Made by a program: the position numbers and the translations under genes. A stretch of DNA of 64,000 bases, taken from positions 1,329,039-1,393,038 of the forward strand of contig OY970063.1 of the NCBI GenBank assembly GCA_963705275.1, in the 5' to 3' direction. Source of the stretch: an uncultured delta proteobacterium (GTDB lineage: Bacteria; Desulfobacterota; Syntrophia; Syntrophales; UBA2185). Numbering within the stretch: position 1 is the first letter of the stretch; each line of letters begins with the position of its first letter. The notes under the pieces were generated by a model. That model saw only the letters and a list, made by a program, of their open reading frames with translations. It ran no database searches and was not told where the DNA came from. Positions 9,780 to 18,108 of the stretch are shown piece by piece.

Positions 9780-10650
9780 TGAGGTCTAACAGTTCCGCCT
9801 CGGGTAAAGCTCCTACTTTGAGCCTGCCATCCGGTAGTATCATTGAGGGCGTTCCTCCTATGCCGAGTGAATTGGCAAGCTTTACAGAATTTTCTATCTC
9901 GGCGGTAGCGCACTCCGTCTTCGGTATCTCCTTCTTTTCGAAGTTCTCTTCCAGCATTTTCAGGGATTTATTGCAGACGATGCTTTTTGCCTTCCAGTAG
10001 GCGTCCTTATGAAACTCTAAGGGCAAAAACTTGATATAGAAGGCTATGTCCTTCCTTTTGGCTACGATTTGTTTCATCGTCTGGTGGAGCTGTCCGCAGA
10101 AGGGGCAATCAGGATCTGTAAATACAACTATTTTTTTCGCAGCACTCTTCTCCCCCAGAACAATGGCATCAGTCAGCGGGATCTTCGCTATGTCAATCCT
10201 CTTCTTGTCCTGGATCCTGTGAATAGCCTCCATGGTCTTGTTGGTCATGGTAGACACTTCCACCAAAGAACCAAGAATGAGGTAGTTCTTATTGACGTCA
10301 AGATAAAATATCTTCGTCTGCCCCACGATATCGATAACTACTTCACAAACGCTATTTATAGGACTTTCTGCGATGCCTATTACATTCGCGTCGGGCACGT
10401 TGAGCTTCTTTAATATCTCCTTCATCTCTCCCCCGCCCAAGGAGACGCAATCTTTCCTTGCCTGGCCCGCTTCTGCTCCCCACGCGATGTTATATCCCGC
10501 AGTAACAGAGGTAAAAAGCAATGCACATGAGAGACATAAAAAAGCAGGAAATAAGCTTTTTCTTTTCAATGCGCAACCTTTCTTGCTGTTTTTTTGACGC
10601 TTTCTTGTCTCATATTTTCTGAGGGAAATCAAGAAATCCATTCCCGGCAA
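9763..10650 (-). CDS. DsbC/DsbG-like periplasmic thiol:disulfide isomerase
   Basis: It has a thioredoxin-fold CxxC (FTDPDCPFCGQLH) and a DsbC-type N-terminal dimerisation domain (SPINSVCEVVIDIVGQTKIFYLDVNKNYLILGSL). The likely real start is TTG at 10569, with AGAAAGG 7 nt upstream, giving MKRKSLFPAFLCLSCALLFTSVTA as signal peptide. Confidence 0.75.
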   Translation of the reverse strand: MPGMDFLISLRKYETRKRQKNSKKGCALKRKSLFPAFLCLSCALLFTSVTAGYNIAWGAEAGQARKDCVSLGGGEMKEILKKLNVPDANVIGIAESPINSVCEVVIDIVGQTKIFYLDVNKNYLILGSLVEVSTMTNKTMEAIHRIQDKKRIDIAKIPLTDAIVLGEKSAAKKIVVFTDPDCPFCGQLHQTMKQIVAKRKDIAFYIKFLPLEFHKDAYWKAKSIVCNKSLKMLEENFEKKEIPKTECATAEIENSVKLANSLGIGGTPSMILPDGRLKVGALPEAELLDLIDGKK

Positions 10651-10754
10651 ACGCTGAATGGGCGAGGTATAATAATGTGGCAGGGCTCAGACGGTGCAGA
10701 GTGGCACCTCAAAAGAAGGGCCGCAGGCTACTCCAAAACAGAAGGTCATTTCAA

Positions 10755-10845
10755 TCGTCCGGCAACCCTGCCGCCATATCCTCTTTAAAAGAGGATTTAG
10801 GCCAGTGGCTTTACGTCCCGTCCTTTCGGACAGTTTGCCTTTTTC
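10755..10845 (-). promoter_or_regulatory. c-di-GMP-I (GEMM-I) riboswitch aptamer
   Basis: The minus-strand RNA is GGCAAACUGUCCGAAAGGACGGGACGUAAAGCCACUGGCCUAAAUCCUCUUUUAAAGAGGAUAUGGCGGCAGGGUUGCCGG. It matches the conserved GEMM-I blocks as I recall them from Vc2 (GGCAAAC / GNRA-capped hairpin / GGGACGcAAAGCC / GGCCUAAA / GCGGxxGGGUUxCCG). A GAAA tetraloop and a CCUAAA..UAUGG receptor are both present. Confidence 0.8.
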
Positions 10846-11291
10846 AGGACTCTTTCATGATTTCAAAGATTCTATAATCTCTTCAAGCAATTCTTATATG
10901 CTCGATTTCTTTATACCACATCTGCAATAAAAAAAAAGGGAAATTTTTAATCTTTTTCCATATGCAAATTTAGAAGAATGTATATAGCGATGCAATCACT
11001 ATGCCATTTATGTTCTCATACATGGATATGCTGTAACGCCTGTGATTATCATAAATTAGATTCGCCTCATAAAATGAAGGGGGAAAACTTTTTCTTAAAT
11101 ATTGATAAAAATCGGTGATTTTGACCAATTATAGTTGTGAAACTCATCTGAAGATTAGCCTATAATTACTGATTTTTCCCCATTACAACAGCTTGGATTT
11201 CCTGCTTGACACACTATGGGTGCTGTGTTACAGCTCACACCTGTCCGGGCTACTGCAGTAAAATTCGCTAATATTCAAGATACATGACCAT

Positions 11292-11990
11292 ATGGACGAT
11301 ATTACCAACAAAGAAAGAGAGGAATTTCTTTCCATAGCGGAAGCCTATATAAACAAGAATTTGTATGAAGAGGCATCGCATATAGCCGAATCATGGCTTA
11401 AGCGTTATCCTATCGATGCTGATGCGAGTATTATCCGTTGCCACGCATTGCTTAGGATGGGGAATCTCGAAAAAGTCGGTGAACTCCTCGATGACCTGGA
11501 AGCCAAGGTCCTTGAATTATCCCGCATCTATCATCGTGTGGGCGACCTTTGCCTCGATGCAGGACTCACAAAGGAGGCAATGAAGTTTTATAGGAAATTT
11601 ATATCTCTGAATCCTGCCGTATTGAGTGCAAAAGAAGTGTATAAGAAAGTCAATGCTCTCGCAGCCACCATGGACGACGCATCCGCCGAAATCGATGCGG
11701 ATGCGTACAATAATGCTGACCGCGTTGCGCCCGATTTCTATACCACAACTCTCGCTGAGCTTTACATCAGACAGGGTCACCTTGATATGGCTCTCGATGT
11801 GCTGGGCGAGATTCTCAAAAGAGAACCGGAAAATAGGATGGCGGCGGATAGGTTAAATGATGTCATGGCAATGAAACATGACGGCATCAGAGAAAAGACG
11901 TCTTTACTTATGGAACAAAATGAGGTCGTAATTAGGGAGCTTACAAAATGGCTTGAGAATATCTACAGGTCAAGAAGCCATGCATCGTGA
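11292..11990 (+). CDS. TPR-like repeat protein, function unknown
   Basis: 232 aa, all-helical, with TPR-like periodicity (YEEASHIAESWLKRYPIDADA..., AMKFYRKFISLNP, ALDVLGEILKREPEN). I recognise no catalytic motif. Confidence 0.4.
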   Translation: MDDITNKEREEFLSIAEAYINKNLYEEASHIAESWLKRYPIDADASIIRCHALLRMGNLEKVGELLDDLEAKVLELSRIYHRVGDLCLDAGLTKEAMKFYRKFISLNPAVLSAKEVYKKVNALAATMDDASAEIDADAYNNADRVAPDFYTTTLAELYIRQGHLDMALDVLGEILKREPENRMAADRLNDVMAMKHDGIREKTSLLMEQNEVVIRELTKWLENIYRSRSHAS

Positions 11991-13068
11991 CTCTCCGGCA
12001 CCTCCTGAGAGGATGGCAAGAGTAAGGGCTATGCTTCATGAAGTTGGTGCAGACGCCCTGCTTTTTTTTGATATGAAAAATGTGCGCTATCTTACCGGTT
12101 TCACAGGCAGCGACGGAGCGCTCGTAATAGGAAATAATCAAGAGATTCTCCTTGTTGACGGCCGTTATACTAACCAGGCAAGGAAGGAAGTTCGCGGGCC
12201 CCGTGTCTTCGAATACAAAGAAAAGATAGATGGAATCGCGGCGATCCTTTCAGACGGTAGTTTCGTATCCGTAGTGTTTGAATCGCAGGCGATGAATGTC
12301 AACACCTATTTGAATCTGACAGAAAAACTACGCGGGTTGAAGTTAAACCCGATGACTGACCAAGTCGGTGCCCTCAGAGCCGTCAAAGACGAAGAAGAAA
12401 TAGCATTAATTAAAAAAGCTGCGGAGATATCATGTGAGGCCCTTGCCGCTGTCCGCGATCTAATCAAGCCGGGTGTGACAGAGAAGGATATTGCTATTGA
12501 GTTGGATTTTCTGCTAAGGAGACGTGGTGCAGAGCAAGTTTCCTTCCCTACAATAGTGGCGTCGGGAACGAACTCAGCGCAACCCCACGCGCAGCCGGGA
12601 TCGCGGGTGATTGAATATGGCGATATGGTTATTATAGATTGCGGCGCTGTTTATGGTGGTTATCATTCTGATGAAACCTGCACATTTGTCGTCGGCTATA
12701 ACGATAAGAAACAGGAAGAGGCATACTCCCTGGTAAAGACCGCCCACGATCGCGCATTGAAGGCTGTAAAAGCCGGCATCCCTTGTGCAGAGATCGATCG
12801 TATTGCCAGAGAGTGCATCGAGACTGGCAAGCTGGGCAAGTATTTCACGCATGGCACAGGTCACGGTGTCGGACTTGATGTTCACGAAGCGCCGCGGATA
12901 GCAAGCAATTCGGAAATGGTCCTCGGGGCGGGAATGGTATTGACCATAGAACCTGGTGTCTATATCCCTGGCCTCTGGGGCGTCCGCATTGAAGATATGA
13001 TATTGGTTAAAGAGGAAGGGTGTGAGGTCTTGACAAAAGTATCGAAGGACTTCACGGTGCTCCACTGA
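11953..13068 (+). CDS. pepP: Xaa-Pro aminopeptidase/dipeptidase (M24B family)
   Basis: The M24 metal ligands are present: IIDCGAVYGGYHSDET (D,D), HGTGHGVGLDVHE (H), LTIEPG (E) and VRIEDM (E). The true start is probably ATG 11980 or 12013 (MARVRAMLHEVGADALLFF). Confidence 0.8.
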   Translation: MRISTGQEAMHRDSPAPPERMARVRAMLHEVGADALLFFDMKNVRYLTGFTGSDGALVIGNNQEILLVDGRYTNQARKEVRGPRVFEYKEKIDGIAAILSDGSFVSVVFESQAMNVNTYLNLTEKLRGLKLNPMTDQVGALRAVKDEEEIALIKKAAEISCEALAAVRDLIKPGVTEKDIAIELDFLLRRRGAEQVSFPTIVASGTNSAQPHAQPGSRVIEYGDMVIIDCGAVYGGYHSDETCTFVVGYNDKKQEEAYSLVKTAHDRALKAVKAGIPCAEIDRIARECIETGKLGKYFTHGTGHGVGLDVHEAPRIASNSEMVLGAGMVLTIEPGVYIPGLWGVRIEDMILVKEEGCEVLTKVSKDFTVLH

Positions 13069-13099
13069 TTCTAAAAAAGGAATACGGGAAATTCATGTA

Positions 13100-13513
13100 T
13101 TGGGATGTCGTGATATGAAGGTATTTCCAGATGATCTTCTTTACAATAGGGAACACGCGTGGGTTAGGGTTGAGGGTGAATTGGCTACTATCGGTATCAC
13201 GGATTACGCCCAGGAGAAATTAGGGGAAATTCTGGCTATAGAGCTGCCGGAGGTTGATTCTTACGTGGAGAGGGATGAGCCATTCGGCACTATAGAATCT
13301 GCGAAAGGAGTCTTCGAGCTTATTTCACCCGTAAGCGGTGAGGTGGTAAATGTCAACGAAGATATACTGGACGACATCGGCATTGTAAACAGTGACCCTC
13401 ATGACACAGGATGGATGATTACGCTGGAAATGTCGGATTCGGAGGAGCTCGATGATCTTCTGGACTCGAGGGAATACCATGACTTTGTACTTAAAGAAGC
13501 TGAGAGTGACTAA
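13100..13513 (+). CDS. gcvH: Glycine cleavage system H protein (lipoyl carrier)
   Basis: It has a YxxEHxW-type N-terminus (YNREHAWVRVEG) and a lipoyl-lysine motif (TIESAKGVFELISPVSGEV). The likely start is ATG 13115. Confidence 0.85.
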   Translation: MGCRDMKVFPDDLLYNREHAWVRVEGELATIGITDYAQEKLGEILAIELPEVDSYVERDEPFGTIESAKGVFELISPVSGEVVNVNEDILDDIGIVNSDPHDTGWMITLEMSDSEELDDLLDSREYHDFVLKEAESD

Positions 13514-13522
13514 CCCTGTTTC

Positions 13523-14368
13523 ATGATATGGAGATTCATTTCATTCAAGAGGTTTAATGCCTTTGAAAACATGGCCATTGACGAGGCCATATTTAGAGAA
13601 AATCAACGGACCGATACACCGCCTACCCTCAGATTTTACAGTTGGTCCCCTCCATCAGTGTCTCTAGGATATTTTCAGGCAACTGGTAAAGAGGTCAATG
13701 TCGAAGCGTGCAGACGCTTTTCCGTAGATATAGTCCGGCGCCCGACGGGTGGGAAGGCTGTCCTTCATGAAGATGATCTGACCTATGCGGTAATAGCCAA
13801 TGAGCGCACTCCCCTCTTCCCGCCGGATATTTTAGGGACCTACAAGGTCATCAGTAGCTGTATCGCCTTGGGGCTATCGGAACTTGGCATAGAAGCCGAG
13901 ATGGAAGGTGATGGGAGGTTGTATCGGGACGATTCCCTGAAAGCTGCCTGTTTCTCGACGCCGTCCCGATATGAGCTTCTGGTAAAAAAAAAGAAGATAT
14001 GCGGCAGCGCTCAACTGCGGTCGAAGGGCGTCTTCCTTCAGCATGGCTCAATCTTGATGGATTTTGACCCGCTCAAGACATGCGCGCTCTTGCTGCCGCA
14101 GCATGGCGACGAGACGTGGCACGCCAAAAATTTGCGCGGGTCCGTGACGTCAATCCATGAGCAAATTGGCGTGTCCGTATCCGTGGAAGATATCTGCCAT
14201 GTCATAAAGAAGGGTTTTGAGAAGAAACTGGATATAGCGTTCGTGGAAGGATGTCTGACCCCTGCAGAGGAGTCCTTGAAGTCACGACTGATGAATGATA
14301 AATATATAAGTGATAAATGGAATTTGGAAGGCAAGGCTGCATCAGATGGATCTAAAGACTTTGATTAA
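13523..14368 (+). CDS. Lipoate-protein ligase A / octanoyltransferase LipM family protein (BPL/LPL catalytic domain)
   Basis: 281 aa with RRPTGGKAVLHEDDLTY and the catalytic-lysine motif KKKICGSAQLRSKGVFLQHGSI. It lies immediately downstream of gcvH. Confidence 0.75.
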   Translation: MIWRFISFKRFNAFENMAIDEAIFRENQRTDTPPTLRFYSWSPPSVSLGYFQATGKEVNVEACRRFSVDIVRRPTGGKAVLHEDDLTYAVIANERTPLFPPDILGTYKVISSCIALGLSELGIEAEMEGDGRLYRDDSLKAACFSTPSRYELLVKKKKICGSAQLRSKGVFLQHGSILMDFDPLKTCALLLPQHGDETWHAKNLRGSVTSIHEQIGVSVSVEDICHVIKKGFEKKLDIAFVEGCLTPAEESLKSRLMNDKYISDKWNLEGKAASDGSKDFD

Positions 14369-15410
14369 AAAGGAAGTGCGCGAGCAGGAAGGTTACCGGG
14401 CCGACATAACGCCCTATCGAACCAGAATGGATGCGAATGAAAGTCCCTTTTTGCTCCCCTCCCTCCTGAAAAGGGAACTGTTCAAAAAGATGAAAAATGT
14501 TTCCCTGAATAGATACCCGGAGGCGGGTGCGCCGCTGATCAGAAAACGCTTTGCTAAACACTATGGGGTCGCTGATGATATGGTAATGATCGGTAACGGG
14601 TCTGACGAACTTATTCAGATCCTCTGCACCGCCCTGGCAAATTCATCATCAGTCGTCATGGTTCCGACGCCGACCTTTGTCATGTACAGAATTATTGCAT
14701 CAAATACCGGTCATGCAGTAGCGGAAGTGCCCCTAAATGCCTCCTTTGATTTAGACTTGGATGCAATGCTCAGCCGGATTGCCACGAATGCGACGGTCCT
14801 GACTTTCTTGAGTTACCCGAATAGTCCTACGTCAAACTGCTTCAGCGAAAAGAGCGTCGCAGCTATTGTTGAGGCTTCAACAGGAATTGTGGTCGTTGAT
14901 GAGGCATACGGGAGCTTCGCTGGAAAAACCTGTTTGCCTTTGTTGAAAAAATACGACAACCTCGTTATCTTAAAGACCCTCTCTAAAGTGGGACTTGCCG
15001 CCATGAGGGTAGGCTTCTTAATCGGCTCACCGTCTCTCGTCCATGAACTCGATAAGGTGAGGCTGCCATACAATATCAATGGCCTTTCCCAAGTTGCTGC
15101 CGGGTTCTATTTGGACCACATTGACACCTTTTTAGGCCAAACAAGTGAGATAATTGCGAGTCGGGAAGAACTCCTGCGCTCTCTTGGAAAGATTGCCGGT
15201 GTCCATCCCTTTCCTTCAGATGCAAATTTTATTTTTTTTAGTTGCGATTTCGATACGGATAACATATACTCCGTCTTAGCCCAGGAGGGAATTCTTATTA
15301 AGAATCTTAACTCTCCTGGCGTCTTGAAGAATTGTATGAGAGTAACGGTGGGTAGCCGCGAAGAAAATGAAGAATTCTTAAAGGTGTTAAAGAATATCCT
15401 TCAAAAGTAA
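14310..15410 (+). CDS. hisC: Histidinol-phosphate aminotransferase
   Basis: Class-II aminotransferase pattern: YPEAGAPLIRKRFAKHYGV, NGSDELI, NPNSPT-like YPNSPTS and the PLP-lysine motif TLSKVGLAAMRVGF. The likely start is ATG 14346 (MDLKTLIKKE). Confidence 0.8.
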   Translation: MINGIWKARLHQMDLKTLIKKEVREQEGYRADITPYRTRMDANESPFLLPSLLKRELFKKMKNVSLNRYPEAGAPLIRKRFAKHYGVADDMVMIGNGSDELIQILCTALANSSSVVMVPTPTFVMYRIIASNTGHAVAEVPLNASFDLDLDAMLSRIATNATVLTFLSYPNSPTSNCFSEKSVAAIVEASTGIVVVDEAYGSFAGKTCLPLLKKYDNLVILKTLSKVGLAAMRVGFLIGSPSLVHELDKVRLPYNINGLSQVAAGFYLDHIDTFLGQTSEIIASREELLRSLGKIAGVHPFPSDANFIFFSCDFDTDNIYSVLAQEGILIKNLNSPGVLKNCMRVTVGSREENEEFLKVLKNILQK

Positions 15411-15446
15411 GGAGTGTGGTCTAACATAAGGTAACAGAGGGTAGTT

Positions 15447-15491
15447 TACGGCAGAGGCGTAAATCGTCTAGTGCCGTACTGCCCTTTTTTT
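15447..15491 (+). terminator. Putative rho-independent terminator after hisC
   Basis: Hairpin tacggca(15447-15453)/tgccgta(15472-15478), followed after 6 nt by TTTTTTT (15485-15491). Confidence 0.45.
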
Positions 15492-15559
15492 GTCCCCTTT
15501 TGGCCCCACGTTTGGGGAATTTATATTTCGCCATTAATGAAGAGAAAGGAAGGGTTGTT

Positions 15560-15751
15560 TTGGAAGTAAAAGTATACGACAATGACATCGAAAAGGCATT
15601 GAAGATCCTCAAGAACAAGCTCTCAAAAAGCGGATTGTTCAAGGAACTAAAGCTGCGGAGAGCCTATGAGAAGCCTTCCGTTAAAAGGAAACGCAAAGCT
15701 ATCGAAGCTCGCAGGCGTTACGCCAAGGTTCAACGCCGCAGAAGTTACTGA
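15560..15751 (+). CDS. rpsU: 30S ribosomal protein S21
   Basis: The sequence (M)EVKVYDNDIEKALKILKNKLSKSGLFKELKLRRAYEKPSVKRKRKAIEARRRYAKVQRRR is a typical S21. I place the start at TTG 15560, preceded by GAGAAAGGAAGG, giving 63 aa. The ORF track starts upstream at 15500. Confidence 0.85.
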   Translation: MEVKVYDNDIEKALKILKNKLSKSGLFKELKLRRAYEKPSVKRKRKAIEARRRYAKVQRRRSY

Positions 15752-15821
15752 GAATTTTGTTCAACAGTAACAACCGTGATCACCTAGGCTGGGTTCCCCT
15801 GCCGGATGCTCTAGCCCCGGA

Positions 15822-16484
15822 GTGAACATAATGGATGAAAAACAATATTTGGTCGATGCCCTGTCGATAGAGGAATCATGGCGGATATTCCGTATCATGG
15901 CTGAATTTGTGGAAGCCATTGAGACTCTGTCCCAGGTGAAAAACGGCGTCACCATTTTCGGGTCCGCGAGGGTGGGGCCTGACGATCCATACTACAAGAA
16001 GGCGGAGTATCTTGCCAGAAGGCTTGCCGAAAACGGTTTCAGTGTAATTACTGGAGGCGGTCCCGGCATCATGGAGGCGGCCAATAAGGGAGCGGCAACA
16101 GCAGGCGGCCAGTCGATAGGTATGAATATTCGTCTTCCCTATGAACAGAAACCAAATCCGTACGCCAATACCATTATCGAGTACAAATATTTTTTCATCC
16201 GTAAAGTAATGTTTGTAAAATATGCTGTGGCCTATGTTATCCTTCCGGGAGGCTTCGGAACAATGGATGAGTTCTTCGAGGCGCTGACACTTATTCAGAC
16301 GAAAAGGATAAAGGGCTTCCCCGTCATATTGATGGGCAGCGAATACTGGCAGGGACTGATGGGCTGGATGAAGAGTACCATGCTCGTAAATGACAAGATT
16401 GAGCCGTGTGATCTCGAAATCATCCACATCATTGATGACCCCGATGAAGTAGTGAAACATATAAAGAAATTTGTCATTCTCTAA
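15822..16484 (+). CDS. LOG family protein (TIGR00730; cytokinin riboside 5'-monophosphate phosphoribohydrolase-like)
   Basis: Motifs VTIFGSAR, ITGGGPGIMEAANKGA and the LOG signature PGGFGTMDEFFEALTLIQT. Confidence 0.85.
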   Translation: MNIMDEKQYLVDALSIEESWRIFRIMAEFVEAIETLSQVKNGVTIFGSARVGPDDPYYKKAEYLARRLAENGFSVITGGGPGIMEAANKGAATAGGQSIGMNIRLPYEQKPNPYANTIIEYKYFFIRKVMFVKYAVAYVILPGGFGTMDEFFEALTLIQTKRIKGFPVILMGSEYWQGLMGWMKSTMLVNDKIEPCDLEIIHIIDDPDEVVKHIKKFVIL

Positions 16485-16621
16485 GAACTCTGTAAGATCT
16501 CTTCTGATACCTGATATCAAGTTTTCGATGAAAATGGTGCCGGATTGTCGTGTCGAGCGAAGCAAGGCATCTCGGAATAAAGCGTTTTATGATTCTTTGC
16601 TCGCACGCGGAATGACAGACG

Positions 16622-18040
16622 ATGAAACCAGCCGTCATAATTAGAAGAAAAGAGAAGACACTACAGTCAGCAGACATAATGGATTTTGAAAAGATACTAA
16701 TGGAACTCAAGAAGGGGAAGTCGAGCCCTTCTCCCTGTTATCTCCTCCATGGTGAAGAAGAATATCTTATCAAAGATGCCCTCAATAAGATCATAGCTGC
16801 TATCGTCCCTGCAAGCGACAGAGGCATGAATCTATTCTTCATGGATGGAGAAAATGAAGATATAGATGTCCTTTGCGAAACCATCCTGACACCTCCCCTC
16901 ATTCCAGGAAGAAAAGTTGTCGTTCTGACAAACACCCGCCTCTTTCAAACAAGAACGGTTCTGCCGGAAATAGTACAAAAAATTCGGCAACATTCTGAAA
17001 GTGACCCCGACACAGCCGTCAGATACTTTTTGCAATTATTGAAGATCACAGGCTGGACCATAGATGATCTCAGAGACGGTGGTTGGAAAAGAATAACCAG
17101 CGACAACTGGCGAAAAACCATTGAAGGCGACATTGGACAAGATCGGGAATCCTGGCTTCCCGAAATGATCGAGACCTGCATAAGCCGTGGAATGGATGTG
17201 GGCGAGCAGAGGGGGGTCGTGGAACATCTTGAAGATACTTTGAGAAAAGGCATCCCGGAAGGCATCCACCTGATCATAACCGCAGAGACGGTGGACAAGA
17301 GAAAAAGGCTTTTCAAGACAATATCAGAAACCGGAATTGTTCTCAATTTTTCTCGGCTAAAGGGTGAGGCGAGACAGAAAAATGCCTTAATGGAGACGGC
17401 AAGAGATCTCTTAGCTCAAAGCGGGAAAAGACTGACGCCGGGTGCATGGATTGCTATCGGCGGAAAAACCGGCTTTAACCTTGCCGATTCCATGAAAGCC
17501 TTGGAAACGTTAATCGCCTATACAGGCGACAAGATATCGATCGAAGAGTCGGACGTCGAAGAGGTTATAGGAAAAACAAGAGAAGCTATGGTCTTTGATT
17601 TAACAGGCGCTATAGTTGCAGGGAAGATGGATGTGGCTTTGTCAAATCTGAAAGATCTTCTTGATCAGGGTATAAACCACGTTTTGATCCTGTCGATGAT
17701 AGCGAGGGAAATCAGATTTCTCCTTCATGCCAAGGTATTTATCAAATCGGGTATGCTTGAATCTTTTGAGCAGAATATGGACTACGAAAAGTTTCAGAGA
17801 TCCATTTATCCGGTCATTTTAGAATGGCAGAGCGATAAAGGGGGAAAGGGCGGTCTGGACAGTCAGCATCCGTATGTCATTTACAATGCCGTAAAGAACT
17901 CCTATCGATTCTCATACGTGCACCTAGTGGAATTCTTGGAAGACCTCGTCGATATAGACATTGCCTTCAAGACCACGACGAAAGAACCGAAGTTCGTGCT
18001 GGAGAGATTTATTCTCAGCGTTTGTACAGCCGGGAATTGA
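16622..18040 (+). CDS. holA: DNA polymerase III delta subunit (HolA), unusually long
   Basis: The N-terminus CYLLHGEEEYLIKDALNKI and the C-terminal helical domain are typical of HolA. The likely start is ATG 16679. It is over 100 aa longer than the HolA length I recall (about 340 aa). Confidence 0.6.
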   Translation: MKPAVIIRRKEKTLQSADIMDFEKILMELKKGKSSPSPCYLLHGEEEYLIKDALNKIIAAIVPASDRGMNLFFMDGENEDIDVLCETILTPPLIPGRKVVVLTNTRLFQTRTVLPEIVQKIRQHSESDPDTAVRYFLQLLKITGWTIDDLRDGGWKRITSDNWRKTIEGDIGQDRESWLPEMIETCISRGMDVGEQRGVVEHLEDTLRKGIPEGIHLIITAETVDKRKRLFKTISETGIVLNFSRLKGEARQKNALMETARDLLAQSGKRLTPGAWIAIGGKTGFNLADSMKALETLIAYTGDKISIEESDVEEVIGKTREAMVFDLTGAIVAGKMDVALSNLKDLLDQGINHVLILSMIAREIRFLLHAKVFIKSGMLESFEQNMDYEKFQRSIYPVILEWQSDKGGKGGLDSQHPYVIYNAVKNSYRFSYVHLVEFLEDLVDIDIAFKTTTKEPKFVLERFILSVCTAGN

Positions 18041-18108
18041 GGGAGAAATCCTGACCGGCTGGAGTTCTTATTTTAGATCCGTAAAAAATTCAATCCCGCC
18101 AAAAGCCC

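Noticed and set aside
10680-10775. Long-range pairing ggcaggg...ccctgcc, first considered as a separate 6S-like or other structured ncRNA on the + strand.
   Set aside because: On the minus strand, the same bases form the 3' strand of the GEMM-I aptamer plus its downstream complementary segment. The region is more simply explained as the riboswitch expression platform.
11206-11234. TTGACA-17 nt-TACAGC as a promoter for the TPR gene. Several other -35-like hexamers were also noted (21132, 47592, 18772).
   Set aside because: The -10 elements are poor (3/6 or worse). By-eye promoter calls at this quality are not supportable.
15876-16565. 229-aa ORF on the - strand.
   Set aside because: It is antisense to the LOG-family gene, which carries the PGGFGTMDEFFE signature.
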